Assembly: GCA_036339875.1 (NCBI GenBank)
Contig: JAYZAC010000183.1
Location: forward strand, 1 to 21,906
DNA: 21,906 nt
Origin: a bacterium
Lineage (GTDB): Bacteria > Muiribacteriota > UBA6191
Direction of reading: 5' to 3'
Shown here: positions 1 through 9,557 of the stretch, one piece after another
Numbering within the stretch: position 1 is the first letter of the stretch
Layout of the letters: every line of letters starts with the position of its first letter
Translations under genes and position numbers: made by a program
Notes under the pieces: model-generated
What the model saw: the letters and a program-made list of their open reading frames with translations, nothing else
Database searches by the model: none
Told to the model about the DNA's origin: nothing

Positions 1-1
1 G

Positions 2-163
2 ATGCGTAATGCTGTAGGGAAAGATTTAGGAGTTAAAGCCTCAGGTGGAATTAGAGATACTGAAACAGCCAATTTGATGATAGCTTCAGGAGCCTCTCGT
101 ATTGGTGCCTCCGCCAGCATAGCAATTGTGCAAGGCACTGATGCAGGTTCGGGCAAATACTAG
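2..163 (+). CDS. deoC: Deoxyribose-phosphate aldolase, C-terminal fragment (gene starts before the window)
   Basis: Manual translation of frame 2: [53 protein letters not shown]. Contains the VKASGGIR and GASRIGAS motifs and the C-terminal Tyr typical of DERA. Not in the ORF track. Confidence 0.93.
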   Translation: MRNAVGKDLGVKASGGIRDTETANLMIASGASRIGASASIAIVQGTDAGSGKY

Positions 164-212
164 TTGTCTAAATAACAGCTACTAACCCGCTTGAATGTAG
201 AAAATATAGGTC

Positions 213-1913
213 CTAGAAGTCACTCTTTAGACACTTTTTAAGAAAGTTCAAAACTTCCTTAATTGCCTTTTTTCGGTTTGAATACTTTCTAATTTCATGC
301 CCCTCACCGGGCAGAATTAATAAACGACTTAGCGAATGGGCATTGCTCATTGCTTTATATAATTTTTCACTATGCGATAAAGGTACCGATTTATCTTCAG
401 AACCATGAATAGTGAAAATAGGAATCGTAAGTTTCTTAGCCTCAGGAAGAATTGAAATTTGATTCAAGTAGTCTCTACCAACTTCGGTATTTGGATTCCC
501 AAAATTCTTATACATTCTTCGTTTGAGAGGACCCGTCAGATTTTTGAAATCAAGCATTGCATCGAACCAATCAGTAACTCCGTAATAGTTAATTACTCCT
601 CGAATAAGATTAGATAACTCGATTCCTGCTTTTAAAACCAAATAACCACCATAACTTTCACCGTAAAGAAAGATGGGAAAATGGTTAACTTTATGGCGTA
701 AAATAAGTTCCAACTCACTTAAATCCAGAGATCCATGCTTACCATTAAGACGATTACGAAATTTCCGACCGAAGCCGGCGCTTCCACTTGCATCAAAACT
801 GATAACTTCAAAACCGTGATCAACTAACTCAATAACATTTTCACGCATTCGATGACCCTCGCAGAGGCCCGGACCTCCATGAACAAATACTACCGTCCCC
901 AATGCTTTGAAAGTAGGCTTGAATCTCAACATAAGACCTTTATCTAGATTTTCTTCCGTATAATCAAAGTCATAATTATCTGATGTAACTAACTCACCGG
1001 ATAAATCAATAGTGAGACCTTTTGAAATAATATTCAATCTAGAATCATTATTCGAATTCTCGCTCAGCTGAACAGAGCAAAGCCTTTGATTACTTGCGGG
1101 AGCATCAGCTATTAAAGTAAGTAAATGCTCTGACTTACAAAAATCTTTACAATAACCAGTTTTATAAATGTCATTGGCAGCCACTAATTCACAATAGCCT
1201 TTATGATTACTAAGAAAACATTGAGAATCCTGAAAAAGAATATGATCTCTAGATGGTGAACTCACTGGTTTGACATCGTTAGAAAGAACATTCCAGTTAA
1301 ACAATCTCTGGTATTGAGCTCTCTTGTCACTTGCTACCAAAACCTGATTTTCGCCCAGCCATCGAATAAAGTGATTTTTACAGTGTTGACTGCTAGGAAA
1401 TTTAACTTCTTTCCAAATTTGGGATTCTGTCTGCCAATAAGCTTTAAGAGAAGCTTCCCAGATTCCAGTAGAAGAGCTAGTAAAAACGATACCGTCGCGC
1501 ATCATGACTATATCAAACAGATGTATCTTGTTTGGTAATAAGAGTTCTGATTCCTCGTCTAAGCTAAATTTCCTCGAATAATCAATTGGTTTATCACTGA
1601 TAGTATAGCCGCCTGCGACCGAAGATCTTTGAATGATGTAGCCGTCTCCCAAAAGAAAAGACTTCTTCATAATTTTTCGCTCACTAATTTCATCTTCAAA
1701 TAGTAATTGATAGCTTTTGCAAAAATTTTCAGACGGTAGTAGAACAAGACATGATCCAGATCTCACCAATTTTTGAACTCGAAAATCGAGTTTCCATCTT
1801 TTTGAAAGACCTGAAACTCGATAGATAAAATCACAATCAGGACTTTCTACTAAAGCATAATGCTGATCCTGAAAAGAAATAACCTGCTTAAATCGGTAAG
1901 GCGATAAACTCAA
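213..1913 (-). CDS. S9 (prolyl oligopeptidase family) alpha/beta-hydrolase peptidase
   Basis: C-terminal domain has VHGGP, GSAGFG, nucleophile elbow GESYGG, HGSEDKSV (Asp) and GEGH (His). The long N-terminal region is divergent, possibly a beta-propeller. TTG start is uncertain. Confidence 0.88.
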   Translation of the reverse strand: MSLSPYRFKQVISFQDQHYALVESPDCDFIYRVSGLSKRWKLDFRVQKLVRSGSCLVLLPSENFCKSYQLLFEDEISERKIMKKSFLLGDGYIIQRSSVAGGYTISDKPIDYSRKFSLDEESELLLPNKIHLFDIVMMRDGIVFTSSSTGIWEASLKAYWQTESQIWKEVKFPSSQHCKNHFIRWLGENQVLVASDKRAQYQRLFNWNVLSNDVKPVSSPSRDHILFQDSQCFLSNHKGYCELVAANDIYKTGYCKDFCKSEHLLTLIADAPASNQRLCSVQLSENSNNDSRLNIISKGLTIDLSGELVTSDNYDFDYTEENLDKGLMLRFKPTFKALGTVVFVHGGPGLCEGHRMRENVIELVDHGFEVISFDASGSAGFGRKFRNRLNGKHGSLDLSELELILRHKVNHFPIFLYGESYGGYLVLKAGIELSNLIRGVINYYGVTDWFDAMLDFKNLTGPLKRRMYKNFGNPNTEVGRDYLNQISILPEAKKLTIPIFTIHGSEDKSVPLSHSEKLYKAMSNAHSLSRLLILPGEGHEIRKYSNRKKAIKEVLNFLKKCLKSDF

Positions 1914-1945
1914 AATAAGCCCAATCTAATCTTTACGAAATAAAT

Positions 1946-2137
1946 TTAAAAGATAGACGAAGATAATAATTTTTGTACGTCTAAACCATCAAACTCTTTC
2001 TCGACAGCCTTTTTTATTGTGTAATACTTCTTTATTAAATCACGTTCGTTATAAACCTTAAGATTGGAAACTTCATGAGCGAATAAGGTTTGAATAATGA
2101 AATCACAATCACCCCGATGTTCTGGTTTGATTAGCAT
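1946..2137 (-). CDS. Small hypothetical protein (63 aa)
   Basis: Strong SD (ACAGGAG-TTAATT-ATG). Fills the intergenic gap and ends 32 bp before the co-oriented S9 gene. Confidence 0.75.
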   Translation of the reverse strand: MLIKPEHRGDCDFIIQTLFAHEVSNLKVYNERDLIKKYYTIKKAVEKEFDGLDVQKLLSSSIF

Positions 2138-2253
2138 AATTAACTCCTGTGGTAGATTACAAACTTTAACAAATTAACCAAAAATAGACCATGTCCAGAT
2201 TTATTCCTAATGGTAACTTGCTCTTTATACCTCAGTCTTCCGATATATAATCC

Positions 2254-3093
2254 ATGCGAACTTTTCTTTTACTTCTAGTGCCAATATGTTTGATGATACC
2301 AATGGAATCATCAGAAGCATTCTTGGGAAAACTGTTTGGAAAAAGAAAAGGTCATAGAGAACGCCCTGGTTTCTATTATCAGGTAACACAAGGCGACAGT
2401 TTATATTCATTGTCCCGCCGCTTCCATGTCGATGTCGTAAAGTTGAAAGAAGCAAATCGAATAAAAGGTAATATTTTGCCATTAAAGAGGATTTACATCC
2501 CCAGATCTACATTTGTTATCAAACCAAATCAGATTTACGAAGAACACCCTCATCCAAAACCGCATCTAGCCAAATTAGCAGAAGATGCAAATAAACAGAA
2601 AATTAAAAAGTCTAATTCCTCCTCCGAGAGAAATACAGAAATTAAGACCTCTAAAGAAACAGTTTCGAAAAACTTGAATTCAGTAAAATTCTTTTGGCCA
2701 ATTGAGAAACCAAAACTACTCACTCAAGGTGGCTTTGGAGAGCTCAACGGAGAAACTCGAAATGCCGGCATACTATTAGAATGTGAGACAACCGAGGTAA
2801 AACCATCCAGAAAGGGAAAACTAGTCTTTCAAGGAAACCTAGATGGCTATGGAAAAACGGTGATTCTCGATCATTTGGATGATTACTTCACTATTTATGC
2901 TCATCTTTCAAAAATCAAGCGATACAAAGAAGGACAATGGATTACAAGGACAAAATCCATTGGATATACTGGAAAGGTAGGAAGTACGGGTGAGTCTGCC
3001 TTGCACTTTGAAGTTCGCTATTTAAATCAAGCAATGGATCCACTTTTATATCTGAATAGAGATGATTTACTTGGTACTAGTACAGATGGTTGA
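2254..3093 (+). CDS. LysM plus degenerate M23 domain protein (NlpD-like)
   Basis: Signal peptide; LysM (YQVTQGDSLYSLSRRF); M23 fold motifs FFWP, GYGKTVILDH, YAHL, GSTG, LHFEVR, DPLLYL. Zinc ligands are degenerate (NAGIL at the HxxxD position, ALH for HxH). Confidence 0.88.
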   Translation: MRTFLLLLVPICLMIPMESSEAFLGKLFGKRKGHRERPGFYYQVTQGDSLYSLSRRFHVDVVKLKEANRIKGNILPLKRIYIPRSTFVIKPNQIYEEHPHPKPHLAKLAEDANKQKIKKSNSSSERNTEIKTSKETVSKNLNSVKFFWPIEKPKLLTQGGFGELNGETRNAGILLECETTEVKPSRKGKLVFQGNLDGYGKTVILDHLDDYFTIYAHLSKIKRYKEGQWITRTKSIGYTGKVGSTGESALHFEVRYLNQAMDPLLYLNRDDLLGTSTDG

Positions 3094-3437
3094 AATTTGT
3101 TATGAGCTATTCAATTAAATACTATGGGGGTTCATTGAACGAAGAGGGTTTATGGATTAGCGAGCCATTACCACATATTGATGATGGATTCACTTTGGTC
3201 CTCAACACTGAAAACTGGTCAATTCGTAACCAGTTATTACGAAGTATTTTCGAAACAGTTGGACCAAATTTCAAGCCTTTGATACCTGACTTTTGCACAA
3301 ATCAGCCGTTTGAAAGAGCTAGAAGAGATTGGTGCAAAGAAGTAAAACATCTATTAGAAATACATGGCATGCTAAAAATCGGTTTGGAAGTGAGCGATGA
3401 GGTCAAGCAACTTTGTGAAAGTAAAATCAAATTCTAA
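3090..3437 (+). CDS. Hypothetical protein (115 aa)
   Basis: TTG start overlaps the upstream TGA stop (TTGA), and the ORF ends 3 bp before the radical SAM gene, which is operon-like packing. Alternative ATG at 3102. Confidence 0.7.
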   Translation: MKFVMSYSIKYYGGSLNEEGLWISEPLPHIDDGFTLVLNTENWSIRNQLLRSIFETVGPNFKPLIPDFCTNQPFERARRDWCKEVKHLLEIHGMLKIGLEVSDEVKQLCESKIKF

Positions 3438-3440
3438 GTC

Positions 3441-4838
3441 GTGATCAATTCATCATTAAAATTACTGTTAATCCAATGCCCCGCATGGGGAGTTGAACTC
3501 CCACCAATAAATTTAGCTTTATTGAAGGCCGCTGTACTTCGATCCGGCTTCAAATGTGAAGCATGGGACCTGAACGTACAAAGCTACCAGAGAAGCCCTG
3601 TAGACTCCCATCATTACTGGGATAAACATAGTTTAACAAGCTGGGTAGACTTTGATAGTTTTAATTCTAAAATTTTACCTAATATTGATGATTTTCTAAT
3701 TCAAAAGGCTAATGAGATCAATCAGAATAGGATACCAATCGTTGGTATGACTATCGTTGATACTACTGTTCATGCCAGTAATTTACTTGCAAAGTATGTC
3801 AAACAGCTAAATCCAGAAATTTGTATTATCGCTGGTGGTCCTGCAATGAGTTTTAAGGAATGTAGAATCAGGTTGTCAAAAGATTTCGACTATTATCTCG
3901 TAGGCGAAGGCGAAGAAGCAATTGTGGAGTTTTTGCAAAAATTTGATGATATGGATACGGATGGTAACCTTACCCTTCCTAAGGGGTTCTACGCAACTAA
4001 TGACGAATTGCATAGAGATTTGCCGCTGAGGCAACTTTCGACGTTGGACTCTCAACCAAGACCAGATTTTTCAGATTTTGAATTACACCCATACACTGAA
4101 TCTGCTTTACCTATGATTTCAACTCGAAGTTGCCTTTTCCAATGTAAATTCTGTGCGGACATTCACAGTATGGGCGGATTCAGAAAATTGTCTTCAAATC
4201 AAATTTTGAGAGATTTACAGCAAGTTTACAAACTTGGTTATCGTAGAGTTTGGATGAACGATCTTTTAATCAATGGAATCTTGAAAGAATTAGTGGAAGC
4301 TTTTAAGAAATTTAATTCGCAGGGCTGTCACATTCAATGGATTGCTCTAGCAACACCTAATAATCAGTTAAAAACTGATGTATTAAATTCATTGGCAAAT
4401 TCAGGCTTGCATACCTTAAATTTTGGCTTGGAGACTGGATCACCAAAAATTATGCGAGCAATGGGCAAAGGATTTAACCTAGAACAAGCAGAAGCGGCAC
4501 TAAAACGCACTAGAGCTGCTGGAATTGAAACTCAACTCAACGTGATCGTGGGTTTTCCAGGAGAGACTGATGAGGACTTTAATATGACTTTAGACTTTTT
4601 AGAACGTAATCGAGAGTACATTAGTGGTTTTACTTCTGTTAACTCATGCATAGTTCTACCGGGGTCTGAATTAAGTCGTAAAAGAGATTCATACTCGATA
4701 GAGTTCCCCGAAAATATGGATCCATCCGCATGGTTTGTTGGTGAAATCAACACTCCTGAAATCCGCAAGAAAAGACTCAAAAGCTTAACAAAATGGATTC
4801 AATCAAATAATTATGATATTTATTGCTGTAATTCTTAA
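3441..4838 (+). CDS. Cobalamin (B12)-binding domain radical SAM protein (class B methyltransferase-like)
   Basis: N-terminal B12-binding features (PPINLALLKA, IIAGGP, VGEGEE); CxxxCxxC motif CLFQCKFC; GLETGS and IVGFPGET motifs. Confidence 0.92.
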   Translation: MINSSLKLLLIQCPAWGVELPPINLALLKAAVLRSGFKCEAWDLNVQSYQRSPVDSHHYWDKHSLTSWVDFDSFNSKILPNIDDFLIQKANEINQNRIPIVGMTIVDTTVHASNLLAKYVKQLNPEICIIAGGPAMSFKECRIRLSKDFDYYLVGEGEEAIVEFLQKFDDMDTDGNLTLPKGFYATNDELHRDLPLRQLSTLDSQPRPDFSDFELHPYTESALPMISTRSCLFQCKFCADIHSMGGFRKLSSNQILRDLQQVYKLGYRRVWMNDLLINGILKELVEAFKKFNSQGCHIQWIALATPNNQLKTDVLNSLANSGLHTLNFGLETGSPKIMRAMGKGFNLEQAEAALKRTRAAGIETQLNVIVGFPGETDEDFNMTLDFLERNREYISGFTSVNSCIVLPGSELSRKRDSYSIEFPENMDPSAWFVGEINTPEIRKKRLKSLTKWIQSNNYDIYCCNS

Positions 4839-4839
4839 A

Positions 4840-6630
4840 TTAGTAGTTCTCGCTATACCATTTTGAGGGGACAATCATTCGAGCAAGGCGTCTTTGTTTT
4901 GAGGGTGACTGATCGATAAAGTACAAATGTTTTCCATCGGATGAATATTCTAAACTACGTCCAATGTGTAAAGAAACTCTCTCCGCAGAAGAACCATCGA
5001 TATTAGCTATATAAATTCCATTACTAGCACCATCTGAAATCGCATAAGAAATGTGATCATTGTTTGGTGAGTAGGTTACTGAGTGACTATCGGAAGTCAT
5101 GTCATTAATGGGAAAACGCAAAGTAAGATCTCCATTTGCTGCGTAGGGAACAGTGAAACCACCATCACCATCTTTGGAATACAGAATTCTATCAGAAATT
5201 CCAAATTCTATACTGGAAAACTGATTTTGTGAAATCTGGTCATTTCTCTCAGGAATTACGGTTACTTGATTTTCGATTTTCCAACCACTTGCTCTTTGAA
5301 CTAATTCCGCGCCAAAAATACTGCCGGTTGTTTCAAAATATTGATACACAAAACGATATCCTACAGGAGCAAATGCGGGTTGAGAAACGTCAAGACTATA
5401 CGATGTTAAAGGCGTTATTAATCCACCACTACTAGAAATTAAATTCAGGCGATATAAACGAGCTATATTTGCTTCATTTTTCTCAACATATAAAAGCTGT
5501 CGACCATCATTACTCCAACTCATCCCACGGTCTTCAGCAACTCTTGCTCGGGAGCTTATCCTTGAATTATAAGCTACTCCCGCGATATCCATAATATAAA
5601 TTTCACGATGCTCTGCATTATTGCCTGGGGCATATTTGGCATAGGCAATTTGATGTCCGCCCGGAGATATTGTCATATCAATCGCAAGTCTATCTTCTGC
5701 AAAGTGTTGAACGTTTGTTAAATTTATTGTTCCTACGTTCAGTTCGCTTTGACCAGCTTCAATCGTAAATGGAATCTCAGTAGAGTAGTAGTCTGGGTTA
5801 GAAACCTCCAATATGTAACTGCCAACTGGTACTTTAGAAAAGTTGAAACCACCTTGATCTACCCCATCCGATAAAATCTCGAATGGTTCAATGGCAGTTC
5901 CAAGGATTTTTATGACAGAATTTCTGGCTCCATTACGAGCCTCTAACTGAACTATACCCGTTACATCTGCCTCACCGATAGGATCAAGATTTTGCAACTC
6001 TACATCATTAACTACTGTTAAACCGCCAGCTTCTAAACTAATATCTTGAACTGTTTGATTTTCATATCCAGAGTATGTGAAAACAAGATCATATAAATAC
6101 AATGAATTTGTTGCTTCATCACGATAAGTGTAAGCTAAATCTGCAAATTCATAGACCCCGTCAGCCTGAGTTAACATCGATTTCCCAGTACCTATGAGAC
6201 TTACCTTAACTCCCGCGTGAGAATCAAACCCTTCGAGCATAACCTTTCCTCTAATTCTTCCGGAAGGACGAATTTGAACTTCACGCTGAATTCGTGTAGC
6301 GGCATCAATACTTAAAAATCTTCTTCGAGCTAAATACTTAATACCAGAGATAGTTTTTTCTGCTACAAGATCATAAACACCGGGATTCACCTCAGCAATG
6401 GAATAATTTCCAGAGGCGTCACTCAGAACTGACTCCGAGCTAACCAATGTATTCTCAAGCCGCACAGCAGCTTGTTTCACGGGAGTATTATTTAAGTCTA
6501 GGACTTTTCCATCTACAATTCCAGGCGAAGGATCAAGTAGTGGATTGTTGGCCCCAGTACAACCAGACATAAATGCTAGAATTGTGCAGATTAATATAAG
6601 ATATTTTTGAGCTTTACTTTTTTTATTCAT
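4840..6630 (-). CDS. Lipoprotein with carboxypeptidase-regulatory-like beta-sandwich repeats and a C-terminal TolB/PD40-like beta-propeller
   Basis: Lipobox FMSGC. Three repeats starting GKV/GKV/GIV, with D-x-x-G-x-Y and PGVY/PVGSY features. Propeller motifs SPGGHQIAY, WSNDGRQLLY, YSPNNDHISY, YSSDGKHLYF. Confidence 0.8.
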   Translation of the reverse strand: MNKKSKAQKYLILICTILAFMSGCTGANNPLLDPSPGIVDGKVLDLNNTPVKQAAVRLENTLVSSESVLSDASGNYSIAEVNPGVYDLVAEKTISGIKYLARRRFLSIDAATRIQREVQIRPSGRIRGKVMLEGFDSHAGVKVSLIGTGKSMLTQADGVYEFADLAYTYRDEATNSLYLYDLVFTYSGYENQTVQDISLEAGGLTVVNDVELQNLDPIGEADVTGIVQLEARNGARNSVIKILGTAIEPFEILSDGVDQGGFNFSKVPVGSYILEVSNPDYYSTEIPFTIEAGQSELNVGTINLTNVQHFAEDRLAIDMTISPGGHQIAYAKYAPGNNAEHREIYIMDIAGVAYNSRISSRARVAEDRGMSWSNDGRQLLYVEKNEANIARLYRLNLISSSGGLITPLTSYSLDVSQPAFAPVGYRFVYQYFETTGSIFGAELVQRASGWKIENQVTVIPERNDQISQNQFSSIEFGISDRILYSKDGDGGFTVPYAANGDLTLRFPINDMTSDSHSVTYSPNNDHISYAISDGASNGIYIANIDGSSAERVSLHIGRSLEYSSDGKHLYFIDQSPSKQRRLARMIVPSKWYSENY

Positions 6631-6777
6631 AGTCTGTCAAAACACACTGAATCTAATGTGAATTTGTTAATTGGTGAAACCTATATAAGATTTTATCGTA
6701 CTTTCAAATGCGTGCTTTAATGATCTCGTGCAGGATTCCTTTGCATGAATCTCAATAGAGAAATTTTGGAGTGATCA

Positions 6778-7980
6778 ATGAATGGTCTACATTTAATTAA
6801 AATATTTTTTTTCAGCTTAGTCTCTACCATTCTTGTAGCTGCACCTGGTGTGCAATTGCACAATCAAATTCAAGAGAAACTTCAGCTATTATCTACGGTC
6901 GAAAGCGAGGAAGATCGACAAAGAATTCAGACTGAAATTTTGAATTTACAACAACAGATAAATAAAGTAGCCGATGAAAGACAGGGATTAAATCAAGGTA
7001 ATGGACAAGCGCAGTCTCCACTGAGCGGAATGGGCAACCGTTTTTTAAACAGGGATACATACTTTTACCGAGGTCCTGTTAGAAACCCGACGGCACATAC
7101 ACCATTCCTAAGTCAGTCATGGCAACGTGGATATGGAACCAACAACCTAGTTATGGAAGGGGCTCCAGTGCCCGTATTAAATCATAGAAATCCGTATATA
7201 AATGAGGTTCCAAATCCATTTGCGCAGCCGCGACGGAATCCATACACTAATCCTTGGGAGACAGGTTTTCGAAGTGCTGGTTATCAGCAACCTGGCAGTC
7301 AATACCTACATCCGAATCCGTTCATGTATCCTGGATCTCAGTATAGTCGATTTAGACCTGGATACGGATTTAACCCGCATTTCGGCTATGGGTATCCTCG
7401 ATACGGTTTTAATCCCGCCATGGGAAGTTATAACAACGGATATTATCGCCCAAACCAAGTAGAACTAAATAACCAGTCTAATCAAATTGCTTCATATGAC
7501 GCGCTACAAAGATACAGGGCAGAACTAAATAACAACCCTCATCAAGTTGGCGCCAACAGAATCCGCGTAGAAATAAAACAGCGTACTAAACTACCTAATG
7601 GGCAAATCCAAATTACCCTGACAACCAGCGGAGGTGTTACAGGACAAGGCATCGGTCAAGAAAGATATTACCTGTACTCTAATACCGGCTCATTTCTTAA
7701 ACAACTGGAATCACCTATGATTGGTGGAAACGATGCTCAACAGACTGTGATACAAAGATTTAATGTATCCAACGAACAAAAATTCAAGATAGATCGTTGG
7801 CTAGCGGAACGTGGATTCAATCAGTATGGAGACCCTTTAGGAACGATGTACGCTGGAGGAAATCCGCTTCACAATGTTACAGACGGAGGCACTCAAGAAG
7901 ACCCTGGAGCTCTTAGATTCAATTTAATTCTTAGTAAGCATCCTGAGTTGGTTAATCTATTTTTGATTAACACTAAATAA
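6778..7980 (+). CDS. Secreted low-complexity (N/P/G/Y/Q-rich) hypothetical protein
   Basis: SD GGAG and signal peptide; N-terminal coiled-coil; repeated NPY/NPF/NPW, PGSQY and YGFNP motifs; C-terminal IDRWL..GFNQYGDP.GTMYAGGNPL segment. Confidence 0.8.
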   Translation: MNGLHLIKIFFFSLVSTILVAAPGVQLHNQIQEKLQLLSTVESEEDRQRIQTEILNLQQQINKVADERQGLNQGNGQAQSPLSGMGNRFLNRDTYFYRGPVRNPTAHTPFLSQSWQRGYGTNNLVMEGAPVPVLNHRNPYINEVPNPFAQPRRNPYTNPWETGFRSAGYQQPGSQYLHPNPFMYPGSQYSRFRPGYGFNPHFGYGYPRYGFNPAMGSYNNGYYRPNQVELNNQSNQIASYDALQRYRAELNNNPHQVGANRIRVEIKQRTKLPNGQIQITLTTSGGVTGQGIGQERYYLYSNTGSFLKQLESPMIGGNDAQQTVIQRFNVSNEQKFKIDRWLAERGFNQYGDPLGTMYAGGNPLHNVTDGGTQEDPGALRFNLILSKHPELVNLFLINTK

Positions 7981-8012
7981 CAATTACACAGTATTCTAAA
8001 ATTGGACTCTTT

Positions 8013-8021
8013 TGTTATAAT
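8013..8021 (+). promoter_or_regulatory. Extended -10 promoter (TGnTATAAT), probably driving a leaderless mRNA
   Basis: TGTTATAAT at 8013-8021, 5 nt before the ATG at 8027; no SD present. Confidence 0.6.
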
Positions 8022-8026
8022 AAGAT

Positions 8027-8236
8027 ATGGATATCAATTCTTCAGAATCCCTACGTGGAATGCTCGGTGCACAGTCTAAACTCAACAAAGTCGCCCACTC
8101 AACCGCAAACGTAAACTCTGAGTTAATTGAAAATACAGTTGGTATGATCAAGTCAGAGAATCAATTTAATGCCAGCTCTAAGTCTCTTGTAACAGCGAAT
8201 GAAATGCTGGGGACTCTACTTGATCTCAAAGCTTAG
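8027..8236 (+). CDS. Miniature flagellar basal-body rod/hook-like protein (N- and C-terminal helices only)
   Basis: N-terminal GMLGAQSKLNKVAHSTANVN resembles the rod/hook ANNLAN helix. C-terminal NQFNASSKSLVTANEMLGTLLDLKA resembles the Flg_bbr_C motif. Confidence 0.75.
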   Translation: MDINSSESLRGMLGAQSKLNKVAHSTANVNSELIENTVGMIKSENQFNASSKSLVTANEMLGTLLDLKA

Positions 8237-8264
8237 CCTGCTAATGAAAGCCGGAATCCTCAAG

Positions 8265-9452
8265 TTATGAGAAATCTGATTTGTGTCTGTCTAGCAGCTT
8301 AATCATAGATAGCACTGCCGATACTTGAACTTGCTCAAAAGGTGAATTCAGGAACGGTTTAATAATCTCAAAGTCGTTAAAGGTACCAAGTTTTCCAAGT
8401 GATTCTAAGCTTATTTTTTGATCGAATACTTCACCCACAATATTTTTCAAGCTACTTCTGGATCGTTCGAGCACAAAATCCTCATGCCCAAATTTGATAA
8501 GCACATTAAATAGTGCTGATTTAGACTCATCATTTAGTTCAGAATACTTGGCCTTTAGCTGATCAATCATGTCGGTTCGACCGGCTTGTGCCAATAATAA
8601 TTCAACGGTCGACTTCAAAGCTGGAATTTCTAAGGCCGACTCCAAATCTTTTTCAGCACTATTTTCCCCAAGCCTCATAAGCGACTGCGCAGTTAATATC
8701 TTCATCGATAAATTTACTGCATTTTTATTAAGATACTTTATACGATCTATACCTTCGTAAATTTCCTTTTCCGCTACTATGTTTAGGCCGAGCACTCTAA
8801 TGTTATCATCTGAATCATCTAGCAATTTCAGATATTTCTTTTTAAGCCTTGAATCATCTAGTTCAATTAATTTCAATGTGGCCAGAAATCGCTCTTTGGA
8901 TTTCGCAAATTCAGACCGTTTTATTAGATAGGAAACTGCTCTATCCCAATCTCCAAACTTGGCCATAGTATAGGCAATCGAAAGTTTCACTACTCCACTA
9001 GACTTCGGAAAATTTTCCTGTAGGACACCCATCATCTTTTTATCATTCAAGTTACCAAGTGCTGTAATCGCTTCAAACTGTATTTGCTGATTAGGCCTAG
9101 TTGCGCGATTGCGAAGATAACTAATCAATACATGACGCCGTTTATCAATAAATTTAGTTCCACGCTGCTTTTCCCAGAGTAAAACTACGTCTAATGACTC
9201 CTTAAATTGAAGTGCTCTGAGGTGAGTCTTGAATCGTAAATCAAAGTACTTGTCGGGGAGACTTTGTAAATCGGTTTTCTCCATTGGTTTCAAAATCTCA
9301 AGTGCTGAAGATGTCTCCATACGGAGAAAGTGGTCCTCTGCTTTCAGTATCTGTGGCAGCAAAGGATGACGCTTGTTACCTGAGAAACAACCATTTAAGA
9401 AGATAACTAATATCGTAGTTACCAAGATCTGAATGTAAAGAGAACGCCTCAT
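8265..9452 (-). CDS. HEAT-repeat lipoprotein
   Basis: Lipobox FLNGC. HEAT-like units: AITALGNL, LLDDSDDNIRVLGL, SLESLGKLG, FLNSPFEQVQVSAVLSM. Confidence 0.8.
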   Translation of the reverse strand: MRRSLYIQILVTTILVIFLNGCFSGNKRHPLLPQILKAEDHFLRMETSSALEILKPMEKTDLQSLPDKYFDLRFKTHLRALQFKESLDVVLLWEKQRGTKFIDKRRHVLISYLRNRATRPNQQIQFEAITALGNLNDKKMMGVLQENFPKSSGVVKLSIAYTMAKFGDWDRAVSYLIKRSEFAKSKERFLATLKLIELDDSRLKKKYLKLLDDSDDNIRVLGLNIVAEKEIYEGIDRIKYLNKNAVNLSMKILTAQSLMRLGENSAEKDLESALEIPALKSTVELLLAQAGRTDMIDQLKAKYSELNDESKSALFNVLIKFGHEDFVLERSRSSLKNIVGEVFDQKISLESLGKLGTFNDFEIIKPFLNSPFEQVQVSAVLSMIKLLDRHKSDFS

Positions 9453-9557
9453 CCTTAAAAAACATCGCCTTATGAGCTGAGATTATTAACAACGTAAAAC
9501 CAATTGACCAAAGCTTATCAGTCATTTTTCATCTTAAGTATTATATAATACAAGCTA

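Noticed and set aside
1314..5435. Short track ORFs 1314-1538(+), 2225-2482(-), 4532-4780(-), 5229-5435(+)
   Set aside because: Antisense shadows of well-supported genes, with no recognisable motifs.
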